Below, in pieces: positions 1 to 8,708 of a DNA stretch of 60,384 nt. The notes beneath the pieces are model-generated. The model was given only the letters and a program-made list of their open reading frames with translations. It ran no database searches and had not been told where the DNA came from. Origin of the DNA: Gemmatimonadales bacterium (GTDB lineage: Bacteria > Gemmatimonadota > Gemmatimonadetes > Gemmatimonadales > GWC2-71-9); contig JBDIWC010000024.1 in NCBI GenBank assembly GCA_039794085.1, forward strand, positions 1-60,384, in the 5' to 3' direction. Both the position numbers and the translations under genes were made by a program. The first letter of the stretch is position 1. The number at the start of each line of letters is the position of its first letter.

Positions 1-845
1 CTCACCCACGCGAAACCCTGAAGAGCCCCAAGTGGGATGCCGTCACAGACGCCGTCACACGCACGGCCGGAGCGGGTGTCCGGGGGGCGCCCAAAATATT
101 GTTGCCGTTTTGTGTTCAATCTTGTCCATAAGGGACTACTGTCCTGTCCTCCGCCTCGCACCACTTCCGCCCGAATCACCCGGTCCAGCGCCGGCCACGC
201 CCGGTCGAGCCAGGCGTTCCCCTGGAGAATGATCGAATCCTGGGCGCCGGCCCGCATCCCGCCGCCGGAGCGTTCTCCATACTCGCCGTAGAGCGATCTC
301 ACCACATCCATGCCCTCGACCACTCGGCCGAAGGGGGCAAATCCCTGGGCGTCGAGCCGAGTGTTGTCCACCAGGCTGATGAAGATCTGGGTCGAGCGTG
401 TTCCCGGCTCGGTAAAGGCGTAGGCGACGGTACCGAGGTCGTTCTGAGCCACCACCGGGTCGTCGGGGATCGGGGTCCGGGTCCAGACCGCGTTCACCGC
501 CGGGTCGCCGGAGAGGCCCCACTGGACGATGAATCCGGGCACCACGCGGTGGAAGCGGGTGTCGTCGTAGTAGCCGAGCCGGACCAGGTTGTAAAAGCGA
601 TCGGCGCCGAGGGGAGCCCAGGCCCGCACCACCTCCAGCACGAAGTCGCCGCGGGTGGTGGTGAAGCGGGTCCGGAAGGTGTCGGGGGCGGCGACGGTCC
701 AGGCGGGGTGACCGGGGTCGAGAAGGGGAGGTGTGCCTCCACCGACGCCCCCGCCGCATGCAGCTGTCAGCAGGGCACAGAGCACAACGCCCCGGATGCC
801 CTCACCCCCGGCCCCCTCTCCCTCGTACTCTCGAAGCGTGATCAT
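1..845 (-). CDS. Cyclophilin-type peptidyl-prolyl cis-trans isomerase, probable lipoprotein; frame stays open to the window edge
   Basis: Manual translation from ATG 845: LCALLTAAC lipobox, then APLGADRFYNLVRLGYYDDTRFHRVVPGFIVQWG...TRSTQIFISL...GFAPFGRVVEGMDVV (cyclophilin motifs). Missing from the ORF track because no stop occurs before position 1. Confidence 0.85.
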   Translation of the reverse strand, partial: MITLREYEGEGAGGEGIRGVVLCALLTAACGGGVGGGTPPLLDPGHPAWTVAAPDTFRTRFTTTRGDFVLEVVRAWAPLGADRFYNLVRLGYYDDTRFHRVVPGFIVQWGLSGDPAVNAVWTRTPIPDDPVVAQNDLGTVAYAFTEPGTRSTQIFISLVDNTRLDAQGFAPFGRVVEGMDVVRSLYGEYGERSGGGMRAGAQDSIILQGNAWLDRAWPALDRVIRAEVVRGGGQDSSPLWTRLNTKRQQYFGRPPDTRSGRACDGVCDGIPLGALQGFAWV

Positions 846-1034
846 GTCCTCGACTCAAAGTTTAGGGTCCATCCCTGAACGGGCGTCTGCGGCTCCGCCC
901 TGCCGCCGTTGGCACCAGCTACTTTGTGAAATCTTTCACAAACGTCATTTCCGGTCCACGATGCCATGCCGCCGGGTTCCCTTCCAGAGACCACGGCCCT
1001 AGCGCCTGCCCCCGGTGGTGGCTAAGCTACCAGC

Positions 1035-1742
1035 ATGCCCCCCGTTGCACGGAGAACGACCGTCAAGAACGACATTCGCGACCGGCCCGCGTATGCCCTG
1101 GCCGAAGCCGCCCGATACCTGAAGGTGCCCGTGGCGACTGTGCGGTCCTGGTTCTTCGGCCGGCCGTACCAGACCACCCGGGGGCCCCGGCAATTTCCCG
1201 CAATCGTTGCGCCGGCCTCCCGTCGGCCCCCGGTCCTGTCGTTCTACAATCTCATCGAGGCCCACGTTCTCCGGGCCCTGCGGACCGACCACGGCGTTCC
1301 GGTCCTGGCGGTTCGCCAGGCGATATCCCATGCCGAAAGGGAGTTTGGCATCCATCGGCTCCTGCTGAGCCCCGAACTTCGGACCGACGCCGGCCGCCTC
1401 TTCCTCGACCGTTACGGAGAACTGATCGAGCTCTCCCCGAGCACACAGCTCTACCTGAGGCAGGTCCTGGAAGCATACCTCAAGCGAGTGGAATGGGATG
1501 AGTTCCAGTTTCCGGTCCGGCTCTACCCCTTCATGACGGCGGAGGCGTCCGTCGCCGAGCGCCCGATCGCGATCGATCCCGCAGTCGCGTTTGGCCGGCC
1601 GATTGTGCTCCGCCGGGGGATTTCGACCGCCGTCATCGCCGAACGGATCGACGCGGGGGAATCGGTCGAGGACCTGGCACGGGACTACGACCTCACTCCA
1701 AGTGACATCGAACAGGCGGTGCTCTACGAGAGAGCAGCTTGA
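1035..1742 (+). CDS. HTH + DUF433 antitoxin (VapB45/Rv2018-like)
   Basis: N-terminal HTH (YALAEAARYLKVPVATVRSW) and C-terminal DUF433 (IDPAVAFGRPIV...IAERIDAGESVEDLARDYDL); overlaps the downstream PIN gene by 4 nt. Confidence 0.85.
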   Translation: MPPVARRTTVKNDIRDRPAYALAEAARYLKVPVATVRSWFFGRPYQTTRGPRQFPAIVAPASRRPPVLSFYNLIEAHVLRALRTDHGVPVLAVRQAISHAEREFGIHRLLLSPELRTDAGRLFLDRYGELIELSPSTQLYLRQVLEAYLKRVEWDEFQFPVRLYPFMTAEASVAERPIAIDPAVAFGRPIVLRRGISTAVIAERIDAGESVEDLARDYDLTPSDIEQAVLYERAA

Positions 1743-2155
1743 GCGTTGTCTTCTTCACTGACCGTGACTTGGGCAAGCAGTTCCCCCAGATTCTTCGCCA
1801 TGCCGGCCTGACAGTCGAGCGCCACGACGACCACTTCTCACCCCGAACCCGGGATGAGGAGTGGCTTGCCGAAGTGGGAAGGCGCGGATGGGTTGCGATC
1901 TCCCACGACAGGCGCATCCGGTACAAGCCCAACGAGCAGAAGGCCGTCCGCGACCATGGAGCGGCCCTGCTGATCGTGATCGGGGACACGACCTTTGCGA
2001 ACCTGGCGCACTCATTCGTGGCAACACGGCACCGGATCGAGCGGTTCATCACCCAGCACACTCCACCGTATATCGCCAAGGTTTATCGGGGACAGGAACC
2101 AACGGAGTCAGCGGATTCTCCTCCCCCGGGACGAATCGAGCTCTGGTACCCCTGA
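1739..2155 (+). CDS. PIN-like toxin (VapC45/Rv2019-like)
   Basis: FFTDRDLG...DEEWLAEVGRRGWVAISHDRRIRY pattern; translationally coupled to the DUF433 gene. Confidence 0.8.
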   Translation: MSVVFFTDRDLGKQFPQILRHAGLTVERHDDHFSPRTRDEEWLAEVGRRGWVAISHDRRIRYKPNEQKAVRDHGAALLIVIGDTTFANLAHSFVATRHRIERFITQHTPPYIAKVYRGQEPTESADSPPPGRIELWYP

Positions 2156-2167
2156 GTGAGCAGGGAG

Positions 2168-2863
2168 TCAGAGATTCCCTCGCGTTGATCCCTCAGGCGC
2201 CTCAAGGCGCTCGTCGAGCCATGCCTTGGCGAGCGCGGTGATCAGAGTACGTGCCTCTCGAAAAGTCATCGGGTCCGGTGGGGGATCGTTCCTTTCTACT
2301 CCGTGCCGCGCAGCAAGACCGAGGATCGAGAGGCTCGTTTCAGGAGACGGTCGAGACCGAGAGGCCGCAACACTTCGTACGCTCGATACAGATCATTCCA
2401 GGTCAGGTCCGGCTGCCCCAGGAACAGGAGGAGCCGCTGGGTCTCCTCGGACTGCAACGCGGCATCGATGCCCCCATTCATCAGTCCAGCTTGGGGATCA
2501 CCTGCCGGAGCACCACTGTTGACCAATGTACCGAATGCCTTGCTCCTACCCTCGGCCACACCTGCAAGGAAGATGCTCACACCCCCGCCGTCGGAATCAC
2601 GACGACGAACGTTGCCAAGGGAGGCGGGTCGGTAGTTCTCCATCACGACCCGTGCCATGCCGTTCACCAACGACAGCAGTTCTTCCGCGCGGAGCCTGAC
2701 CTCGCCGGCATCCTGGAGTTCCTCCAGCATGGGCGAGACGAGAAACCACGACTCGTCTTTGGAGATGACCCGGACTTTCCCACCCGATGTCCACCGGGGC
2801 AGATCCTCGAGGTCAAATCTCTCTCCACGGAGCTCGACCGACCAGTGGTAGTTCCTCGGTCAT
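2168..2863 (-). pseudogene. Frameshifted conserved hypothetical protein
   Basis: Three frames join into one plausible protein: ATG 2863 after GGAGG; WSVELRGERFDLEDL...WNDLYRAYEVL; and ILGLAARHGVERNDPPPDPMTFREARTLITALAKAWL...stop 2168. Confidence 0.55.
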
Positions 2864-3204
2864 CCATCCTCCCATTTGGCAATGCTCGCACTACGGACAG
2901 GTCGGAACGCCGATGGCCTTCGATCAGGGCGCTGCGTGATGTTCCTCCTCTCCCAGCAGTACGCCGCCGGCACAGTGGTCGGCGGGGCGCTGGCGGCAGG
3001 TCATGGTTCGAACACGACAGGGCTGGGGCCGGGACTCTTGAAGGGGGGCGGGCCGATGGCCCGCTCTTGTGGAACGATCGGGGGTCTTGCGGTCCCAGGG
3101 TAGCGCCTGCGGCGCAACCCTGGGCTGTTGAGGACGATGCCCCTTCGGGGCATGACCCCGGTGCACCCTGGGTGTGAATGGTGCAAGGCCCGGGATACTG
3201 CGCC

Positions 3205-3378
3205 CCTACCGCCTACCGCCTATCGCCCACCGCCTGATTTTCCCCTCACCCCCGGCCCCTCTCCGAAGTTCGAAGTTCGAAGTTCGAAGTGTGAAGTGAA
3301 AGTGTGAAGTGTGAAGGCGGGGGCCACCCTGGGGTGTCGCCCCCCCCTACTCCCTACTCCCTATTCCCTACTCCCTGC
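3205..3378. repeat. Cluster of short heptamer tandem repeats (CCGCCTA)n, (GAAGTTC/GAAGTGT)n, (TCCCTAC)n
   Basis: Directly visible just downstream of the hsdM stop. Confidence 0.8.
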
Positions 3379-4876
3379 TTCTTACTTCCAGGTCGCCGAG
3401 CACATCCTCGATCTGGGCCAGCGCGGACCGCAGATCGTCGGCGATCTCCTGGGCCAGCAGATGCGGCTCGGGCAGCGTGTTCGAGTCCTCCAGGCTCTCG
3501 TCCCGGAGCCAGAAGAGGTCGAGGGAGACCTTGTCGCGCGCCAGGATCTCCTCGTACGAGTAGGACCGCCAGCGACCCTCCGGGGTCTCCGGACTCCATG
3601 TGGCGGTGCGGTTGTGGCGACTTCCGGGCCGGTAACATTCCACGAACTCGTCCAGGTCCGCGCGCACCATCCGTTTGGTCTTGAGCGTGAAGTGCTTGTT
3701 GGTCCGCAGGTCATACACCCAGACGGTCCGGGTCCACGGCTCCTTGGCTCCCGGCTTCCGGTCGAAAAAGAGCACGTTCGCCTTCACCCCCTGGGCGTAG
3801 AAGATCCCGGTCGGGAGCCGGAGCAGGGTGTGGACCTCGCACTCCTTGAGCAGGTTCCGCCGCACCGTCTCCCCCGCCCCTCCCTCGAACAGCACGTTGT
3901 CCGGCACCACGACGGCGGCTCGGCCCTGCACCGCGAGGAGCGACTTCACGTGCTGCACGAAGTTGAGCTGCTTGTTGGACGTCGTGGTCCAGAAATCGGG
4001 ACGGTTGTAGGTGAGGGTCTGGCGGTCGGTGTCCCCCTCCTCGTTCACGATGGTGATGGAGGATTTCTTGCCGAAGGGGGGATTGGTGACCACCACGTCG
4101 GCGTGGGAGGAGGGCTCGTCCCGCAGGGCGTCGTCGGTGCGGATCGGGGGCTCCTGGTGGTCCGCGCCGTCGGGGCCAATGCCGTGCAGGTAGAGGTTCA
4201 TCCCGCAGAGACGGGCGACGTTGGGCACCAGCTCGGTGCCGCGCAGGGCCTCGAAGCGGAGGTGGCGCTTCTGGTCGCGGTCCAGCTCGGCGTGGTTCTT
4301 GACGTACTCGTGCGCCGCGAGGAGAAAGCCGCCGGTGCCGCAGGCGGGGTCGGTGATGATCTCGCCGGGCTGGGGCCGGACGCACTCCACGATCGCGTCG
4401 ATCACGGCGCGCGGGGTGAAGTACTGTCCCGCGCCTCCCTTCACGTCCTGCGCGTTCCGTTCGAGGAGCCCCTCGTAGGCGTCGCCCTTCACATCGGCCG
4501 ACATCGCCGACCAGTTCTCCTTCCCGATAAGTTCCACCACGAGCTGGCGGAGCTTGGCGGGGTCCTGGATCTTGTTCTGCGCCTTCTCGAAGATGAGGCC
4601 GAGCATCCCGCCCTGGAGGCCGAGCTCGCGGAGGGTGTCGCGGTAGTGCTGCTCGAGCTCGACTCCCTCCATCTGGGGGGCGGCGAGATCGGCCCAGCGG
4701 TGGCCCTCGGGGATCGGCTGTGGCTCGCCGGTGAGCCGGGCCCGCTCGTCCGCCATCTTGAGGAAGAGGAGGAAGGTGAGCTGCTCCAGGTAGTCCTGGT
4801 AGGAGAGCCCGTCGTCGCGGAGGACGTGGCAGTAGGACCAGAGCTTCTGGACGATGCGGTTGGCGGCGTCGCTCAT
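3368..4876 (-). CDS. hsdM: Type I R-M N6-adenine methyltransferase subunit
   Basis: GQYFTPR, motif I DPACGTGGFL, motif IV NPPF, TSNKQLNFVQH, LRLPTGIFYAQGVKANVLFF. Confidence 0.97.
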   Translation of the reverse strand: MSDAANRIVQKLWSYCHVLRDDGLSYQDYLEQLTFLLFLKMADERARLTGEPQPIPEGHRWADLAAPQMEGVELEQHYRDTLRELGLQGGMLGLIFEKAQNKIQDPAKLRQLVVELIGKENWSAMSADVKGDAYEGLLERNAQDVKGGAGQYFTPRAVIDAIVECVRPQPGEIITDPACGTGGFLLAAHEYVKNHAELDRDQKRHLRFEALRGTELVPNVARLCGMNLYLHGIGPDGADHQEPPIRTDDALRDEPSSHADVVVTNPPFGKKSSITIVNEEGDTDRQTLTYNRPDFWTTTSNKQLNFVQHVKSLLAVQGRAAVVVPDNVLFEGGAGETVRRNLLKECEVHTLLRLPTGIFYAQGVKANVLFFDRKPGAKEPWTRTVWVYDLRTNKHFTLKTKRMVRADLDEFVECYRPGSRHNRTATWSPETPEGRWRSYSYEEILARDKVSLDLFWLRDESLEDSNTLPEPHLLAQEIADDLRSALAQIEDVLGDLEVRSRE

Positions 4877-4895
4877 CCGGTAAGCGCCTCATCTG

Positions 4896-5297
4896 TCATC
4901 GTGATCTCCTCCGCTTCCCCTTCGGACTCTTCGCAGCCGTGGGACTGCGACGACGCTGCGCCGCCACGGGTTGTTCTTCCACTACGGAAGCGAGGGCCGC
5001 TTCGACCCAGGCGTTCAGGCTCAGCCCCGATGCTTCGGCTACCCGTGCCGCAGCACGATGGAGTTCCGGGGTTGTGCGGACCAGAAACTCGCCCCGGTAC
5101 GGCCGTTCAGGATCTTTCCCGGCCTTGGCGCAGAGTTCCAGGTAGTCCTCAACCGACTCCGCCATCTCCCGGCGCAGCTCGTCCAGCGAACGACCCTGAA
5201 AGGTCACCACATCCTGCAGTCCCAGCACCCGGCCATGGAACGCATCGATGGAGGGGTCGAACTCGACCGCTCCGATATATCCCTTGTATTCCATCAT
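4896..5297 (-). CDS. hicB: HicB antitoxin
   Basis: MEYKGYIGAVEFD...FHGRVLG...DVVTFQG...PERPYRGEFLVR...LH...SLNAWV (HicB fold plus RHH). Confidence 0.92.
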   Translation of the reverse strand: MMEYKGYIGAVEFDPSIDAFHGRVLGLQDVVTFQGRSLDELRREMAESVEDYLELCAKAGKDPERPYRGEFLVRTTPELHRAAARVAEASGLSLNAWVEAALASVVEEQPVAAQRRRSPTAAKSPKGKRRRSR

Positions 5298-5548
5298 GGT
5301 TTGACTCCCGCGTTTTCCAGGAACCGTCGTACGTCTTCGAGCGTCCCCTTGCCGGTGACCCGCTCGGGGTGGGGCCCGTGGAACGTCGCCACCCGCTCGC
5401 CAAGCCGGAACCGGACCCGAGATCCGCGACCCTGCGAGACCTCCCCACCCAGCGCCTTGATCAGGGCCTCGATTCGGGACCAGCGGACATCCGAGCGGGT
5501 CGGACGTTCGAGGATCTCGTGGAGCGTCCTCCGCTGAGCCGCGTTCAT
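5294..5548 (-). CDS. hicA: HicA mRNA interferase toxin
   Basis: WSRIEALIKALG...GRGSRVRF...FHGPHP...VRRFLENAGVKP; overlaps hicB by 4 nt; likely start ATG 5548. Confidence 0.9.
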   Translation of the reverse strand: MNAAQRRTLHEILERPTRSDVRWSRIEALIKALGGEVSQGRGSRVRFRLGERVATFHGPHPERVTGKGTLEDVRRFLENAGVKP

Positions 5549-5553
5549 GTCAA

Positions 5554-5583
5554 ATGATATCACGAAATGCTATCACGATGCAA
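5554..5583 (-). promoter_or_regulatory. Putative hicAB promoter with two operator half-sites
   Basis: Minus strand TTGCAT-N18-TATCAT ends 5 nt before the ATG (leaderless-like); it overlaps the repeated quasi-palindromes TGATAGCA and TGATATCA, 13 bp apart. Confidence 0.55.
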
Positions 5584-5721
5584 GGATGTGCCACATCAGT
5601 CGGTGGGGTGGGACGAGAGGAGGGAGGATTCCCCTGCCGGTCGAGGTCGGTCCCATGGTACGTAACCCCAACATCCACAGCGGCTTATGGGAGTCAGTGT
5701 GTCAAGGTAACAGGTTTTACC

Positions 5722-5889
5722 TTATCGGCCCGCGTCACGCAGCATGCAGTCGGCCTTGGCAAGAACAGCGTCCAGGGACCCGCCCTTTCCCTCCCCGATC
5801 TCGCGGTTCCCCTGGGCCAGGAGCCGAAGGATCTGCCGCTCCCGTTCCCCCTGTTCGAAGGCCTCGACGCTGAGCATGACGTCTGCGGC
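5722..5889 (-). pseudogene. C-terminal remnant of a Phd/YefM antitoxin
   Basis: AADVMLSVEAFEQGERERQILRLLAQGNREIGEGKGGSLDAVLAKADCML*; no N-terminal DNA-binding part and no partner toxin. Confidence 0.6.
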
Positions 5890-6081
5890 TCATCCGGTGA
5901 GGGTCACCGAACGCGGCTCCTCAACTCGTGTGGACGCGTCGAGAACTTCGATCGCAATCAGGTTTCCCTGGTCATCGTAGTCGAGGATGACACCGGGCTT
6001 GTCCTCATCGCTCTCGGCGACCGGCGCGTCCCGCAGTACGACCGTCAGAATGTCGGTGGCCACGTCGTAATTCACCTTCAT
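5890..6081 (-). CDS. DUF2283 family protein (orphan antitoxin-like)
   Basis: MKVNYDVATDILTVVL...ESDEDKPGVILDYDDQGNLIAIEVLDAS; GGAGG RBS upstream of ATG 6081. Confidence 0.88.
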   Translation of the reverse strand: MKVNYDVATDILTVVLRDAPVAESDEDKPGVILDYDDQGNLIAIEVLDASTRVEEPRSVTLTG

Positions 6082-6131
6082 CAGATCCTCCACAGATCCA
6101 CGATACATCGGCCCCCGAACACCGATCGCTT

Positions 6132-6361
6132 TCAGGCCGCGGCAACGGGGCGGGCGTGGGCGATCTCGTGCCGGTCGATGGGCCGCACCTACTCGGCCGT
6201 GAGGGTCGTGACGGCGTAGGTGTCCCCGGCGAGGGTCACGAATTCGACCTCGTACCCGCGCCCGCCATCGTGTACCAGGACGACCGTGCCAACGTCCCCG
6301 GCCTCAGGCCGATCGGTTCCAGATCTTTCGTCAGCACGATGCGATCGAGTTCTTGAATCAT
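6132..6361 (-). pseudogene. DUF4926 family pseudogene
   Basis: MIQELDRIVLTKDLEPIGL, frameshift near 6303, then AGDVGTVVLVHDGGRGYEVEFVTLAGDTYAVTTL with an in-frame TAG, then VRPIDRHEIAHAR. Confidence 0.8.
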
Positions 6362-6430
6362 CGCGCTACCTCCGCGTACGGAAACGCAGTGACCAGTCGG
6401 GTGACCAGTCGGGGGGGATGGAGCCCTGCA

Positions 6431-6875
6431 TCACGTCCTTCCCGGCGTGCGCTTGGCCCGCCGAGCAGGGCGCCCCCCCTTGATGCCGTTCTTCCGTGCT
6501 GCCCTGGCCTTGGCCGCGCTCCGAATCTGTCCCAGAATGCGTGGCGCCCACTCCCGCAGATTCAGCGCATCGGCGATGAGGCCCGTCAGCGAGGCATGAG
6601 CATCCACCTGATCCCAGTGGAGCCCATCACCACTGGGCGAGATCGCAATATCCTGAAGCTGAGCCCTGGTCGCCTTCTCGAGTCCCGGAACTCGTTCCGG
6701 AGGAAATCCAAAGACATAGCCATTCCGAAGCTGAACCAGAACCAACGCCTGCTCACAGTCATATCTGACCGACGTGGCACGCGGTTCGACGCGGTCCGCC
6801 TCACGCGCCACACGAAGCGCGAGCTCATTCTGTCGCTCAAACTCGTTGTCGTCCATCGCTGTGGGCTTAGCCATG
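6431..6875 (-). CDS. DUF2442 family antitoxin
   Basis: LVQLRNGYVFGFPPERVPGLEKATRAQLQDIAISPSGDGLHWDQVDAHASL; basic tail AKARAARKNGIKGGRP; start probably at MAKPTAM. Confidence 0.85.
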
Positions 6876-7124
6876 AAGCCGTCTCCATTCTCCAAGCAAG
6901 CGCGACTGATGCTGCTCCACGATGCGGAGCGCCTGACGAGCATCCAGCGCACTCATGTGGTGGTTCTGCCAGAGGGAAGGTCCCTCCTCGTCGGTGCCTA
7001 GAAAAACGACCAACTCGCCGCCTCGCGTACACTCGACATGCACATGCGGAGGGCCGTGCTCTCGCGGCGGCGAGTAGACATACACGCTGAAGGCACCTTC
7101 CGCGCACGCCTTGACCATTGCCAA
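6867..7124 (-). CDS. DUF4160 family toxin
   Basis: YVYSPPREHGPPHVHV...LLGEWRRLHG; overlaps the DUF2442 gene. Confidence 0.85.
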   Translation of the reverse strand: MAMVKACAEGAFSVYVYSPPREHGPPHVHVECTRGGELVVFLGTDEEGPSLWQNHHMSALDARQALRIVEQHQSRLLGEWRRLHG

Positions 7125-7148
7125 CGATAAAACCCAGCGCTGGGTTTG

Positions 7149-8708
7149 TCAAGAATTGAGGCGCTCGGCGCGGATCCGCTCCAGGAGCGCCGAGGCCGGC
7201 TCATCCGTGGGGTCCTGATCCACGAGACGGCCTTCGAAGGCCCACTTGAGGATAGACTGACGAAGGCGATTGCACCGAGTGGTACATCGCAATGTCACCT
7301 CGCCTACGGCTTCCGCCCCGCTGAGCAACCGCTCGATTTCAGCTTGTACCCGGCCTTGCTCAGCCTTTGGAGGGAGTGGAATAAGGCAACTTTCGAGGTC
7401 ACTCTGATTGACCTTGAAGATCCCAGCCGTAGTCTTTGCCTTCACTTCGATCTGGTCGCGAACTGCTCTGGAGTTCCATATCTGTGCAAAGAACCCGGGC
7501 GCGACTCCATCACAAAGTCGGAATCGAATCATCGTATCGGGATAGGCGACTTGGTCAGGGAGTGCCCGCACGAGTCCGCCAAGCCCAACGAGTCGAATCG
7601 AACCATTGCCGCGGGAGACGAGAAAGTCACCCTCCTGAATCAAGTACGGCTCGGCCTCCTGTGCAGTCCACGCTCCGGTTTTGCGTTCTTTGACGTCGAT
7701 GAGTCCTTCCCGCAGCGATGTCAGCCGGAGCACTGGGAAGCCGGAGGAAGCCGTCTTGACCGACCTTCCGTTCGTAAGTGGCTCCGCGAGAAGCTGATCC
7801 GCCGTCACCCAGCACCAGCCCTCCGGCAACTCGGGCAAGTCCGCCGTGTCCGGCGCGGCGGGCTGCTGGTACTTCGCCTTCCACTTGTCGTCCTTTGGGA
7901 CCTTCCCCTTCGCCGCCATCCTGGCCAGCTCGGCTTCCTCCCAGCGGCGGCGGCGCTCGGCGAGGATCCGCTCCAGGAGCACCGACGCGGGCTCGTAGGT
8001 AGACGCGGCGTCCCGCCGCGTCAGGGGTGGGACTTCGGGAATCTCGCTTGCGGAGGAAAGTTCAATGAAGCGGCGGGACGTCGCACGCGCCAGCTCCGCC
8101 TCGGTCGGCACCAGACGCCCCTCGACCGCGGCCTTGAGCACCGAGGCGCGATACCGCTTCAGGTTACGCTGCACCCGCTCCAGCGTGGCCACGGCGTCAT
8201 CCAGCCGGGTGAAGTAGGACTCAATGGCCTCGACGATGCGGTGCTGCTCCCCCATGGGCGGGAGCGGCAGCTGATGGCGTCGAACATCGTGCGGGCGAAT
8301 CGCAGGATATACGACTCCTTGGAGATCTTTGCATACGTCCGCGATGAATTCATTGGTACGGACGCGGTAGAAGACCCATTCTGGGACTACGCTCACGGGG
8401 CGAAGAACATCAAACCCGGTGGATGCGACCGCACCATCGAGGTCGTCGTGGACTTGAGCGACCGCGTTCAGGTTGGGGCGGGTCATGGACACAAGAACAT
8501 CCTTCGCCCGGACCCACTGCCTTGCGCGTGTGGGGGCGTCCTGGATCGTCACGAGCTTGGTTTCGCCTATTCGCTTCGTAGTGCGGTCGATCGAGCTGAT
8601 GTCGATGTACGAAACGTGATCCAGTGTGGGTGGTCCCTGCGGAACCTTCTTTACGCAAATATCGCGAAGGGAAGTAACCGTCCACGTGGGGGGGAGCGAG
8701 TCCGTCAT
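7149..8708 (-). CDS. hsdS: Type I R-M specificity subunit with two TRDs and an internal REP-like in-frame insertion
   Basis: LPPTWTVTSL / LPEGWCW TRD starts, LPLPPMGEQHRIV and IPLPPKAEQGRV conserved regions, RQSILKWAFEGRLVDQDPTDEPASALLERIRAER end. Confidence 0.95.
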   Translation of the reverse strand: MTDSLPPTWTVTSLRDICVKKVPQGPPTLDHVSYIDISSIDRTTKRIGETKLVTIQDAPTRARQWVRAKDVLVSMTRPNLNAVAQVHDDLDGAVASTGFDVLRPVSVVPEWVFYRVRTNEFIADVCKDLQGVVYPAIRPHDVRRHQLPLPPMGEQHRIVEAIESYFTRLDDAVATLERVQRNLKRYRASVLKAAVEGRLVPTEAELARATSRRFIELSSASEIPEVPPLTRRDAASTYEPASVLLERILAERRRRWEEAELARMAAKGKVPKDDKWKAKYQQPAAPDTADLPELPEGWCWVTADQLLAEPLTNGRSVKTASSGFPVLRLTSLREGLIDVKERKTGAWTAQEAEPYLIQEGDFLVSRGNGSIRLVGLGGLVRALPDQVAYPDTMIRFRLCDGVAPGFFAQIWNSRAVRDQIEVKAKTTAGIFKVNQSDLESCLIPLPPKAEQGRVQAEIERLLSGAEAVGEVTLRCTTRCNRLRQSILKWAFEGRLVDQDPTDEPASALLERIRAERLNS

